A stretch of DNA of 64,000 bases from an uncultured delta proteobacterium (lineage in GTDB: Bacteria; Desulfobacterota; Desulfomonilia; Desulfomonilales; Desulfomonilaceae): assembly GCA_963752855.1 (NCBI GenBank), contig CAVVZX010000054.1, positions 2,154-66,153 on the forward strand. The letters are read 5' to 3'. Under the pieces are notes generated by a model that saw only the letters and a list, made by a program, of their open reading frames with translations, was not told the DNA's origin and made no database searches. The position numbers and the translations under genes were made by a program. Position 1 is the first letter of the stretch, and every line of letters begins with the position of its first letter. Shown piece after piece: positions 1 to 10,200 of the stretch.

Positions 1-40
<40 letters not shown>

Positions 41-104
41 TCCCTGATATGAGGGAGCAAGACCCATGAATTGATTATATTCCGGCTGGCCATACACACT
101 ATCC

Positions 105-773
105 TTAATCTTTATTCCTAGAACTTTTTTCCTCGAGCTCCAAAGTCGATTTTTGTATTAACATTTTCTGACTGCTGTTGTTGACATTAACTCCAGTGGT
201 TCTCGTAAGATTGGGATTCAAGTTGGTAGCATTATTTCGTGGGACCCCAATGTTTTGCTTGAAAGTTTGATTTCCCCTTAAGGCATTAATATTCATACTT
301 TTATTGCCAGTCCCATACATTTTGTTATTCATCTGGGTTAGGCCGGGATTGACGGAGCGAGTAACAGTGGGCGCGTAGTTGGAGCGATTGGTGGAAAAAG
401 TGTTTGATCTGTTTATTCCCCTTAAGGCATTAATATTCATACTTTTATTGCCAGTCCCATACATTTTGTTATTCATCTGGGTTACGCCGGGATTGACGGA
501 GCGAGCAACAGTGGGCGCGTAGTTGGAGCGATTGATGGGAAAAGTGTTTGATCTGTTTATTCCACCGAGGGGAAAGCGATTAACAGGCTGTGTAACAGCA
601 GGTCTATAATCACCGCGATTAGGTTGAAAAGCCTGTGCTGCCTCGATAAGAAAAGGGACAAGAAACAGTGCGAGCAATGGAACTGCCAACACTTTCCCTC
701 CAGCGACAACTCCTGAAATCTTGCGGTAATACGTGAGGTTGGCGATTAATTTCACTGATTCCCTTGATTCCAT
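105..773 (-). CDS. hypothetical secreted/anchored Asn-rich repeat protein
   Basis: 222-aa ORF. Hydrophobic N-terminal segment (VLAVPLLALFLVPFLIEAAQA) looks like a signal peptide or anchor. Two near-identical 48-aa repeats (INRSNTF..NRSNYAPTV.RSVNPG.TQMNNKMYGTGNKSMNINALRG). No family recognised. Confidence 0.55.
   Translation of the reverse strand: MESRESVKLIANLTYYRKISGVVAGGKVLAVPLLALFLVPFLIEAAQAFQPNRGDYRPAVTQPVNRFPLGGINRSNTFPINRSNYAPTVARSVNPGVTQMNNKMYGTGNKSMNINALRGINRSNTFSTNRSNYAPTVTRSVNPGLTQMNNKMYGTGNKSMNINALRGNQTFKQNIGVPRNNATNLNPNLTRTTGVNVNNSSQKMLIQKSTLELEEKSSRNKD
274..561. repeat. tandem direct duplication, 2 x 144 bp, inside ORF 105..773
   Basis: Unit starting ccccttaaggcattaatattcatac recurs at 274 and 418 with only a handful of mismatches. 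The period of 144 nt keeps the reading frame. Confidence 0.9.
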
Positions 774-1337
774 TCTATGTGTTTCTCACGATTCACCTTC
801 CTCTCTCGGAGGAGCCTGACAGGGTTATTGCCACGGCTTAGGCGTCTAGTATCTTTGGTGTATCATTATGCGCCATGCCTTGCAGACCGGCTTACTTTAC
901 AGCCGATTTCCACGAAAGGTCAGAAATTTCTGTCACATCTGAGCCAAGTCGCCTATTTTGGAGCATCATTTTCTTTTCCCTCTGAACTCCATGATGGACC
1001 CGTCCTCAAGTTATCTATGGCGCCAAATCGTAACCGGAATTATGCGGCGGTCTTGCCATTTTGAGCGTTTTGGCCTCGCTAAGGGGTCGAAAAATAGCGC
1101 CGGAGACCTCGAAAAGGTCTCCGCATGGAGTCCCGGACGCCCTGTCGCAGGCAAAACGTCGTCAGGTTGTTGACAGAGCCTGACTTTTCCTGTTTTTGAG
1201 CGTACCACACCGCATGCTCCTCGTCAATCAGTTCGGAAAGAATTGAACCTGATTATTATTGCCGTCAAGAAAGCCGACGGACAAATGGTCTTCAACCCGG
1301 GGCCGTACACATTTTCGCACAGCTTGCGGTTCCGTAT

Positions 1338-1886
1338 CTATTTCTTGTCTCTCATGGTCTTCGCTGCCTCCATCATAAGGCTTTGACCATCCGTCATGAG
1401 CTTATCAGCGGTGTTCACGTCCGTCTTTTGCATCATTCTTAAGCCCCGCATCATTGTCCTGGAGCCCTTCATTAATTCTTCCGGCCTAGGGTCAGTCATC
1501 ATTTTTTCGGCTTCCAAGATCATCTTCTGACCCTGCTGCATCAACTTCTCCGCCCCTTCTGCATTCTTCTTGGCTTTCAGAACTTGTAGGCCATCCATCA
1601 TCAGCTTTGCGCCTCGTTTCATTGTGTCCTTCTGTATCTGTGCTGTCGCCTTTTCCGATTCCATCATCATTCTGTGTCCGTCTTTGATCATCTTCTCTGC
1701 TGAGCCTAGATCCTTCTTCTGCCGCATTATCTTCCTGCCTTCTACCATCTGATCGGCCCCCTTTTTCATCATCGATACTGCAGTTTCCCAATTGTTAGAT
1801 TCAGCAATAGCGTATGGGTGGGCCTGAAGAATCATTCCAACCACGAAGAAAGCTGCTAATATCCGTTTGATACTCTTGATTTCCAT
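1338..1886 (-). CDS. Met/Lys-rich periplasmic helical-repeat protein, function unknown
   Basis: 182-aa ORF with GGAGG upstream of the ATG. Signal peptide MEIKSIKRILAAFFVVGMILQAHPYAIA. 26 Met in 182 aa, arranged in reiterated (A/G)xKLMxxGxxxMxEAxK-like segments. Confidence 0.7.
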   Translation of the reverse strand: MEIKSIKRILAAFFVVGMILQAHPYAIAESNNWETAVSMMKKGADQMVEGRKIMRQKKDLGSAEKMIKDGHRMMMESEKATAQIQKDTMKRGAKLMMDGLQVLKAKKNAEGAEKLMQQGQKMILEAEKMMTDPRPEELMKGSRTMMRGLRMMQKTDVNTADKLMTDGQSLMMEAAKTMRDKK

Positions 1887-2547
1887 TCTGATTGGCGCCT
1901 CCGATTAGTCTGCAAAGCTATACATCATCGTTTAGTTTTGGCAAGACCTATGTATCCTTCGCCCTTCCCAACTGCACACTCAAGATTTTTCACTTTGTTT
2001 TAGCTGGCAATGTCTTTACGGAGTATCGTCGTCCGGTCTCTCTCGAATTTTGGATTGAGCCCCGGTATTGATAAAGATTTCGTTCGTCATGTTCTCGTGA
2101 TGACTGGCTGAGGCCATCTCGCCGGTTCCCGGAAGCTTGCGTGCTTATGAGGCCGCTCAAGAATGCCGTCGGACCACCAGCATCATACATGCGCACAACG
2201 ACAGCCGGTCGTTCCATGCTGCCCGCCGCCAACGACACGTCCGGATTCGGCCAAGCGATCAAAAGCATTATCGAAAATATCAATTGCTCCACTTTGCGCC
2301 TCCCCAACAACCTTTCATTCCTATGGAGATCCCTGTTTGCCTTGAAATATCGCAGAAAAATGTTATCGTCTTTTAACAAGGGACTGCGATTTTCGTCTAA
2401 TGATTAAGAAGTCGAAAAAAGAGAGGTTGGTATCTGAAAAATTCTAATATGACATGAAACAACTTTCCAGGTGAAAAACACGGGAATTGCTCAATTTAAA
2501 CCGACAATAGACAACACGTAATTCGCAACAACGAAGGGGTACGAACA

Positions 2548-2985
2548 ATGAGAAAAATAGTTATATTGGCACTGATCGCTTTTGCGGTTTTGGTAATGGC
2601 GCGGGCCGGGCCTGCGTATGCGGCGCAGACGACGGGAGGGTCCGTTTTGGCTGTGGACACGGTAGTCGGAACCCAAAATCCTATTCCGGTCCAATTAGTC
2701 AGAGGCATGCACGGGGGCAGTGTTGGTCACATGAGCGTCTCGCGCGGCAGTGTTGGCAGTCGCGGCAGTATTGGCAGTGTTCGAGGCGCTCGCTTCAACA
2801 ATAGTTTTCGTGGCGCCCGTTTCAACCATGTTCGATTCCACAATGCCCGCTTCCGTCATTTCCGTCACTTTCGACCATTCGTCTTTAGCTCTGTTGCCCC
2901 CTATAGTAGTTACTACTATAACAACTATCGCAACTGCTACTGGGATGGCTACGCGTGGATATGTGACGACGATTACACTTATTGA
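2548..2985 (+). CDS. hypothetical secreted low-complexity protein (Gly/Ser, Arg/Phe/His and Tyr-rich segments)
   Basis: 145-aa ORF. Signal peptide MRKIVILALIAFAVLVMARAGPAYA. GSVG/RGS repeats, then ARFNN/ARFNH/ARFRHFRHFRPF, then a C-terminal YYYNNYRNCYWDGYAWICDDDYTY. Confidence 0.6.
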   Translation: MRKIVILALIAFAVLVMARAGPAYAAQTTGGSVLAVDTVVGTQNPIPVQLVRGMHGGSVGHMSVSRGSVGSRGSIGSVRGARFNNSFRGARFNHVRFHNARFRHFRHFRPFVFSSVAPYSSYYYNNYRNCYWDGYAWICDDDYTY

Positions 2986-3116
2986 ACCGGACGCGCATTA
3001 GTGGCTGCCTGTGATTGATTTAATGAAAAAGATAAGTTAGTGCGACGTTGGAGGTTTTCAGTTTATAACCTGTCGCTGTAGGTCTCATGATTGAGCGCGG
3101 CGGCGGAGAGATAGGA

Positions 3117-3159
3117 CCGGAAGTCGGAGGATCTTTTTCTCGGCTTCCGGTATTTTCTT
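3117..3159 (+). terminator. candidate Rho-independent terminator downstream of 2548..2985
   Basis: ccggaagtcggag / ctcggcttccgg form a stem of about 12 bp (one G.U pair, one bulge) around the loop gatcttttt, followed by tattttctt. Confidence 0.55.
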
Positions 3160-3567
3160 GAGCAGGAAGGTCAGTGGAGACCTATGGGCTTAACGCCGGC
3201 TTTCACACATGATCTTCCAAAAGACCGAGAGATGCAAAACCGCATTTGCCTTAATGAAAAGGCCTGCTCCATCCTGTTGTTGAGCGCCCCTCACCACAAA
3301 TTCACCAAGCAACCAATACCCTGTGTGTCGCATTTGACCAGGATTCAGGGCGGCGTCCGCGAATGGAAGCGCCGAAGGCCTACAAACACAAATCTCTGAT
3401 TGTGCGGCGTTACTTGGTTTTACCCACCCCCTCGGATGTTACGGATCAGTATGCCCTTGCTTGACTGACAACCTTTGTGCAGACACCCTTGCCTTAAACT
3501 CGATCCGTACCAATAATAAGAGCACCAGCAGGAACCCCGAATCAACGGTTTTGGCGCCGGGAGGCTT

Positions 3568-4620
3568 GTGATGGAAATCAAGACAGTCAGAATTCTCAAA
3601 GTCATCATGTGTGTCGTCGTAGTAATTGCTAGTGTACTCGCTTACTTCCTATGGGAAAGCCGTAACGAGACGGCAAAGGTCGTCGTCTATACCTCCGTCG
3701 ATCAGCCTCTCGCCGCTAAAATATTTCGTGAATTTGAGAGTGATACAGGCGTCTCCGTACGAGCCGTCTTTGATAGTGAACAAACTGAGGGTCGGGGGCT
3801 TGTGAGCCTACTTCTTGCCGAATCCTCCAGCCCGCAAGCGGACGTTTTCTGGTCGGGAGATCCGGCTCATTCCTTGTTGCTGGTGAATCGAGGGATTGCC
3901 CAACCATATGTTTCGCCGGCTGCGGCTGATATTCCGTCAGAGTTCAAATCACCTGACGGGAGTTGGACAGGTCTTGCGGCTCGCGCGGGTTCTTCTGGTT
4001 AACAGGAACGGGATTGCCTCAGGGGAAATGCCGTCTTCTATTCGTGACCTGACCAACCCTCGGTGGAAAGATCAGACAGCAGTTGCCAACCTACTGTTCG
4101 GCACAGGCCACGTACCAAATCTCTGCTCTGTTCACAATCTGGGGCGATGAGAAGGGCAAAGAATTCCTGAGCGATTTGAAAGCCAATGATGTTCGCATTG
4201 CCAGATCGCACGCTGAGGTCAAGGGGCTGGTCGTTGGGGGCGAGGTGGCTTTCGGTCTCCTTGACACCGATGACGCGGCAGAAGCGTTAAAAGAACAAAG
4301 CAACCTGGAGATAGTGTATCCCGATCAGAAAGATTTAGGAACTCTGGTCATACCATCCACTCTGGCGCTACTCCGCGGTGGACCTAACACTGAAGGCGGA
4401 AAAAAACTTATCGATTTTCTTCTTTCGAAAAAAGATCGAGCGACAAATGGTGGAATTAGGGGGCTATATTCCACTCCGATCTGGAATTCCCGGACCGCCC
4501 AATATTCGGAAGATCGGGGATTTCAAAATGATGACAATCAATTACTCCAAGGTAGCCGATGAAATGGATGAAGAGATGCAGCCCGTCCAGCCCTGGCTAC
4601 GACAATGGTTGGGACGGTGA
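3568..4620 (+). pseudogene. Fe3+-type ABC substrate-binding protein (FbpA/AfuA-like), split over at least 3 frames
   Basis: ORF pieces 3568..4002, 3896..4150, 4083..4562 and 4378..4620 together read as one substrate-binding protein (SBP): VVVYTSVDQPLAAKIFREFESDTGV..ADVFWSGDP..RVLLVN..PRWKDQTAVANLLFGT..ALFTIWGDEKGKEFL..VAFGLLDTDD..IPLRSGIPGP. It is a paralogue of 10197..11285. Confidence 0.7.
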
Positions 4621-4690
4621 TATCCTCCTTAATGTTTCGCCCCAGCTCTATCTTTTTCCGGGTCCGGCTTCGGCTCTTCCTGTCCTTTAT

Positions 4691-5977
4691 TTATTTTACC
4701 TTGAAGGGTAAGGTCTTGCGGAATATCGTCGTCTGGTCTCCCTTGAAATTCGGATCGTTGTAGCGATTCAAGTCATAGACGAGACTCGCACGGACCTCGT
4801 AATCGCCTTTCTTTAGCTTCGGGTCCCAGCTCAGTATGCGCTCTTCACCTGCTCGAATTATAGTTTCATGGGGGCCTTGCGCATCTGCCATGCTTACCGA
4901 GATTGCATCCGGGCGTTTTTTGTCCTCTTCCAGAAACGCTTTGTCATCAGGACGGTCTCCATACCAAGGCGCAAACATCCAGTCCTGCTTGGCGACAAGC
5001 TTGCCTTTGCCATCGACCACATCAGCTTTGAGATACATGCCCCGCCGGTTAGATCCTGTGGGAACGGAATGCCCAGCGCCGAGGTTAACCATGTGAAAGC
5101 TGAGCGCGGACGTTGATTCTTTTTCGGACACAATGACAAGGCTCAATGCGCCTGAGATTCTTTGAGGAGAATGTCCGCCGGTCCACAAATGTCTGGCTAC
5201 CGCCCTAATCGGCACATCTTCGTTCTCAGCCGATTTCCGAAGAGTTCTCGGCATGTGACAATCTTGGCACTGTTGTAAACCCAATCCAGGCTTGTGAAAA
5301 TCATCCCGCCATTCGAGAAAAGTTTGAGTTTGTTTTGCCACCACCCGCTTGCCTGCTGAGTGGCAATACGCACACATGGCTGCCGTCTGAATTTTGGGGT
5401 CCTTGACGGTTTCGTGCGGCGCTGCTCCTCCATAAGGCCCCCGAATCTTTCCATCGGGAGTCAGATGACAACTGGCGCATGTTATCCCAACGGCTTCTTT
5501 ACCTTGAGGCCGCCCCTTGGGCCGCTCGATTTCGACTTTGTCAAGATCGGGGAGATCAAAAGGCTCAGGATAGTGGCACACATTGCAGGACTTGCCCCCC
5601 ATCTCTATATCGCGAGCGTGCATGGGCCAGGGATCGGTTCCTGCAAATGAGTGTGCGGAACCCGCAGTCAATACTCTTCCCGGAAGAGAGAGTAATTCTT
5701 GCTTTGGATCCTTATAAGCCATCGGTTTATAGGTAATGTCAGATCCGAATCCGAAGGCATACTCTCGGTAGATTGCCTGGTGGCACTCGCCACATTCGGC
5801 TGACGGAGTTGCCGTTCCCTGGGGAAAGTCTTTGGACTTGGCTGCGGCAGGGGATTTCTTGGTATCTGTCGCCGCGGGCTGTTGCTGGGCTTGTGCCGCG
5901 CTCTTCTCCGGATAGACCAGGGCTAAGATCCCTGCGATTATTAAGAGCGCCAAGACAAGAATACTTGCCTTTCTCAT
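4691..5977 (-). CDS. pentahaem c-type cytochrome, exported
   Basis: 428 aa. Five CxxCH motifs (CGECH, CNVCH, CASCH, CAYCH, CQDCH). N-terminal hydrophobic signal/anchor MRKASILVLALLIIAGILALV. The last ~170 aa carry no haem motif. Confidence 0.85.
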   Translation of the reverse strand: MRKASILVLALLIIAGILALVYPEKSAAQAQQQPAATDTKKSPAAAKSKDFPQGTATPSAECGECHQAIYREYAFGFGSDITYKPMAYKDPKQELLSLPGRVLTAGSAHSFAGTDPWPMHARDIEMGGKSCNVCHYPEPFDLPDLDKVEIERPKGRPQGKEAVGITCASCHLTPDGKIRGPYGGAAPHETVKDPKIQTAAMCAYCHSAGKRVVAKQTQTFLEWRDDFHKPGLGLQQCQDCHMPRTLRKSAENEDVPIRAVARHLWTGGHSPQRISGALSLVIVSEKESTSALSFHMVNLGAGHSVPTGSNRRGMYLKADVVDGKGKLVAKQDWMFAPWYGDRPDDKAFLEEDKKRPDAISVSMADAQGPHETIIRAGEERILSWDPKLKKGDYEVRASLVYDLNRYNDPNFKGDQTTIFRKTLPFKVK

Positions 5978-6035
5978 GAGCCTGAACCTCCTGCGTTTCT
6001 ACGTGGTCCACCGACAACACGAGGCTGCCGGTCTC

Positions 6036-7728
6036 TTAAAATTCAACCATGAACTTAAGCTTCATACCGAGAATAGGATCAATTACCCTGTCCGGATTGA
6101 TTCCGAATCGATTTGCTGCGGAAGGGATGTCCCAATTCGGGACCGCCTTATCAATGCAGGCATAATTGAACCACCTTCCAGGCTGCCAATACGCCGCGAT
6201 AAATCTCACAGTCCATTTATCCAATAATTGCCATTCCAAACCGGCATCGATCTCCCATCCCAGGTTGTTGTCGGGAATCGATGGAGCATCGGCGCTGGCT
6301 GCGTTGATGGTACTGAGATTGAGGAATTGAACAAGACTGCCTGTGGCAGCGGGGCGCATGAATCCCCACCCATAACCTTGTGGAGAGGCTCTATCAGCCC
6401 AGAAAAAACTTCGCAAACATATTCAAGTTCGACGCAACGGCATAATCCAGTCTCACGGCGAAAATGGACGCGTCGTTCATAAAGCCGTCGGTATTCAGAT
6501 TGAACAAACCAAGTCCCGCTCCGTAATAGAAGCACATAAGAAGGCTATATGGGGCGAACAATCCGTAGTTTCCAAAGCCATAGAAATACGGTTGCCTGTC
6601 GATTAGCACTCCGTTTCTCCTATCCGGTCCCGGTAACCAGGCGTAGATGAAGGATGCCTTTGCCGGCCCCACCATGACTCCGGTCTCCGCCATCCATCTC
6701 CACGCTTCGATATAACCAGGAGCAAACAGGCTCCCCCTTCCGTCGGTTCGGTCAGGCGCTCCGAAGAAGGTTCCATTCAGCGATCGATGAAACCTGGTTA
6801 TCTTATTTATCCAATCCAATTCGGCATTAAAAAAGAATCGACCGTTATTGTATTTGAGAAACACTCCGCCATCGGTGCTAACCACATCGCTTGCGGGAAA
6901 CGCCGCACGAGCAACTTGGAGACGCTGGGATTCCGGACCTCTGTGATAGCTGAAATATTCTGCAACAATGCCGAGAGACAACGGTCCCGAACCGTAGGTG
7001 AGGAATACCTGAGGAGACACGGCCAGCAAAGCGTTCAGGTCACCAAGATTATAATACGGGTTAACACGCGGATCGTCGGGTGGCAGTGGGAAAGAGTTAT
7101 TGGGCTGATCCTGTCTGAACGGATTATCCGGCTGACGCCTCCAGGGATAAAAACCGACTCCGATTCTGAACGGTCCTGTGGGCGCAACCAAGAGAAGAGA
7201 CTCTGAAGTCAAGTCCTCGGCTCCGTTGTACTGGAGACCGCATCCGAAGTCAAAGGGTCTCTTGCCGACAACTACCATGCCCCAGGGAGTCTGTGCAGAG
7301 AACCACCACATAGTCCACTGCCCCTCCGAAATTGCGACTTGCACGCCGGGACTCGTCGAGTTGACATAGGACGAGGCTACGGGGTCCAGAAATTGCCCGA
7401 TCCGATATTCGCCTCTTAATCTCATGGCAGGATTTATTCGGAACTCCGGGAGGGCATTTACCTCCATCCGCTGCTCGGCAGCTCCACTGGAAGAAACAAG
7501 ATCCTCAAGTTTTCCTCCCGCCCAGCCGTTGATGGAAGCGAAATTGCCTGGAGTCGAACTGTTGTCCAGATCGTACCTACCGAAGAATCCTCGCGAGCCC
7601 AGTTGCTGCACAAACCGATTCTTCCAAACGTATTCACCTTCTAATGAAAATTCCCATGCTGAGGATGAGCCTGCCGCAATGGGAAGGCTTACCAGGATCG
7701 CGATCGGCAAGAGCCTGCGGAATCTCAT
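6036..7728 (-). CDS. outer-membrane beta-barrel protein (putative porin), one frameshift
   Basis: Pieces 6394..7728 and 6036..6416 overlap in different frames. Signal peptide MRFRRLLPIAILVSLPIAAGSSSA. Gly/aromatic-rich alternating pattern. C-terminus ...MKLKFMVEF ends in Phe, as in the OMP beta-signal. Confidence 0.65.
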
Positions 7729-7749
7729 ACCCAGAATTCCTCTCTGATC

Positions 7750-7962
7750 TCACCGGGTTCGAAGGCGCAACCTACCCCAACCCCAAAGTTTAGTCCCATA
7801 GCGGTCTACAATCTCTTCACCTAATGATCCGACGACACGACGAGGGGTTGATATACTAATTTGCCAGCTTACACTATTCAGACCCAGTTTGGCAAAGTGC
7901 GCGACTGCCTCTTGCTTCGTTTGACTAATTTGAGCGTAGGACCTTATTTCATGCAGAATCAA
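7750..7962 (-). CDS. small hypothetical ORF between the ABC ATPase and OMP genes
   Basis: 70-aa ORF whose ATG overlaps the ATPase stop (ATGA). The segment ISQTKQEAVAHFAKLGLNSVSW is vaguely HTH-like. No family recognised, so it may be non-coding. Confidence 0.25.
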   Translation of the reverse strand: MILHEIRSYAQISQTKQEAVAHFAKLGLNSVSWQISISTPRRVVGSLGEEIVDRYGTKLWGWGRLRLRTR

Positions 7963-8612
7963 GGTCCGGGTTTCTGCAAGAAAACTATTCTGGTCCCAAT
8001 TTCCTCAGCCTCCGAACGGTTATGAGTTACGTAGACAAGAGTGAATTTCAGGGTCTGATGTAAACGGACGATCTCGCCCCGTAGTCGTAGATTCAAGTCC
8101 TCGTCCAGACTCGATAGCGGCTCATCCATCAATAATGCCAACGGCCGCATAACGAGAGCTCTGGCTAACGCTACTCGCTGCTGTTCCCCTCCGGACAGTT
8201 GGTGCGGTTTTGCCGAGGCATACCTATCAATCTTGAGCAGTTTCAGCGTCTCATCAATTCTCCGCCTTCGTTCCATCTGCGGCAGGCCCCTGGCTTTCAA
8301 CCCGAATTCCAGGTTACCGTAAACGGTAAGATGAGGCCAGAGGGCCAAGTCCTGGAAGACCATACCCAAATTGCGCTCTTCAGGAGAAAGCAGGATTTTT
8401 CCGTCACTTGCCGCAACTTTCCCTGCGATCAGGAGAGTACCTCGGTCCGGCGCCGCAAAGCCTGCCAGCATCCTAAGCAGTGTCGTCTTGCCGCAACCCG
8501 AAGGACCAAAAAAAACGATGCGCTCGCCTTGCTCCACCGCCAGGGAAAAATCGCGGATAGTGGCCTGTTCTCCGTAGTATTTTGAAATCTTTTGATATTC
8601 AAATAGTATCAT
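7959..8612 (-). CDS. ABC transporter ATP-binding protein (Fe3+/spermidine-type importer ATPase)
   Basis: Walker A GPSGCGKT, signature LSGGEQQR, Walker B LLMDEP. Start taken at ATG 8612 (MILFEYQKISKYYG), overlapping the permease stop by 4 nt; the longer ORF to 8687 is rejected. Confidence 0.85.
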   Translation of the reverse strand: MILFEYQKISKYYGEQATIRDFSLAVEQGERIVFFGPSGCGKTTLLRMLAGFAAPDRGTLLIAGKVAASDGKILLSPEERNLGMVFQDLALWPHLTVYGNLEFGLKARGLPQMERRRRIDETLKLLKIDRYASAKPHQLSGGEQQRVALARALVMRPLALLMDEPLSSLDEDLNLRLRGEIVRLHQTLKFTLVYVTHNRSEAEEIGTRIVFLQKPGP

Positions 8613-10200
8613 GTCCCACCATTGTATTTTCCGACCCATTGGATTATTGCGAAAGGAACCAGCGAAACGACAACCAGCAAGACGCACAGAGCGGCGATCA
8701 TGGACGGCTCACCGTTCGCCATAAGCGTAAAGATCCTTACCGTAAGAGGGTCCGCGCCGGGAGGATAAACCAGCATGGAAATGCCCGTATCCCGAAGGCA
8801 GAAGATATAGGCGACCAGCCAAGCCACACCCAAGTCTCTTCGCACCAAAGGGACGACGATTCCCATCATTCTTTTTGTCCAGGAGACTCCCATGATCTGA
8901 GCCGCTTCTTCCATCGAGGGAGGTATCCGAGACAGGGCAGCCAAAGTGATGCGGCTAGGTAACACCCAGTACTGGATAACGTATCCAAGGATCAAAATGA
9001 TCGGAGAGGCATACACAAAATTGGTCAAAGGATGATTCCAGACGCCGATCATGCCGATCCCGATCACTGTGCTGGGCAAAGCGAACAGCAATATCGTCAG
9101 GGTGTCCAGGAGTCTCCAACTCCTAAGCCCCTGAACATGAATCAAATAGCCCGTCAAAAAGCCGAGGACGGTGAGAAGGCTCGCAGCGATTGCCGCAAAA
9201 ACCATGCTGCGCAAGATGCTATCCCAACCTTGGGTCATCGCCGTTCGCCAAGCCTGGATGACTGCGGATTCGCTCAGTAAAGCCAACAGAGGCATAATCA
9301 CGATTGCGAATGCGAAAAACCACATCAGCGCAGCCAGCCACTTCCCTAATTTTCCCAGCCCTATCCGAATGCCCGGGCCCTCTCCCGGTCCAATGCGTAC
9401 GTGGACGGTTTTTCTCTCCAGAAACAGCCCCTCCGCGAACATTGCCATTAAAGCAATGAGGGCCAGTGGAGCGGCTGCCGCCGCAGCTGCGCCGAAATCA
9501 TAATAAGCTGAAAATTGTGTAAACGTCTCCACCGGAAACACGTTGATGCGCAAGAACAAGGGAACTCCGAATTCTCCCAGACTCAGCAAGAATATCAAGA
9601 GCATACCCAAGATAATCCCAGGCAGAATGAGGGGCAGCGTGATCCGGCTCAAAATTCTCGGCCATTTTGCGGCCAATAAGCCCGCTTCTTCCAGTCTAGG
9701 ATTGACGCTCCGAATGAAGGCTATCGTCAGCAGCATAAGGATGGGCATGTAGCACGCGAACAAGATCCAAGCGCAGCCTCCCACGCTGAATAGAAAATCT
9801 GACCCTGCTTTCCATTCTCCACCGGCCAGCCATCTCGACACCCAGCCTTGTCGTCCCAACAAGTGAAACCAAGCCACTGCCTGCACATAGGGCGGAATTA
9901 AGAGAGGAATGGTAAACAACAGTGATCAGCAAAGGACGGCCCGGAATATCCGACTTTCCCAGGAGAATGCCCAGAGGCAGTCCCACCAGCAATGACAGGA
10001 GCGTTACCAGTCCGGCTAAGCTGAGAGAGGTGAGCAGAAGATGCCGGGTTTGGGTCGAAGCAAACAGGTTATAGAATAGGTCAAAACTGAACCGCCCGTT
10101 TACAAACAGACTTTGGGCAAAAATATCCACTAGCGGAGACAGTCCTAGTCCCGACTAACAGGACGGCAATCAACCAAAAAACGGCGCGACGTGCGTTCAT
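8609..10200 (-). CDS. ABC importer permease, two-domain FbpB-like, at least 2 frameshifts
   Basis: Hydrophobic multi-span protein. Pieces are 8609..9919, about 9925..10150 and 10150..10200. ATG 10200 (MNARRAVFWLIAVLLV) overlaps the SBP stop (ATGA). Removing one G from the GGG (plus-strand CCC 10150-10152) restores ..LVGLGLSPLVDIFAQ. Confidence 0.75.

Noticed and set aside
777-1210. Gene-free 430 bp upstream of ORF 105..773, with ORFs 777..1064, 958..1173 and 1011..1208 and a hairpin ggagacctcgaaaaggtctcc at about 1102-1122. Considered as a riboswitch or sRNA.
   Set aside because: No recognisable riboswitch core was found. The hairpin lacks an adjacent U-tract on the plus strand, and on the minus strand has only a displaced T-run. 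Evidence is insufficient.
1230-1330. Short plus-strand stretch reading ..LIIIAVKKADGQMVFNPGPYTFSHS.., reminiscent of a TrkA-C/RCK C-terminal domain remnant.
   Set aside because: Only about 25 residues match, with no start and no surrounding homology. It is too short to call without a search.
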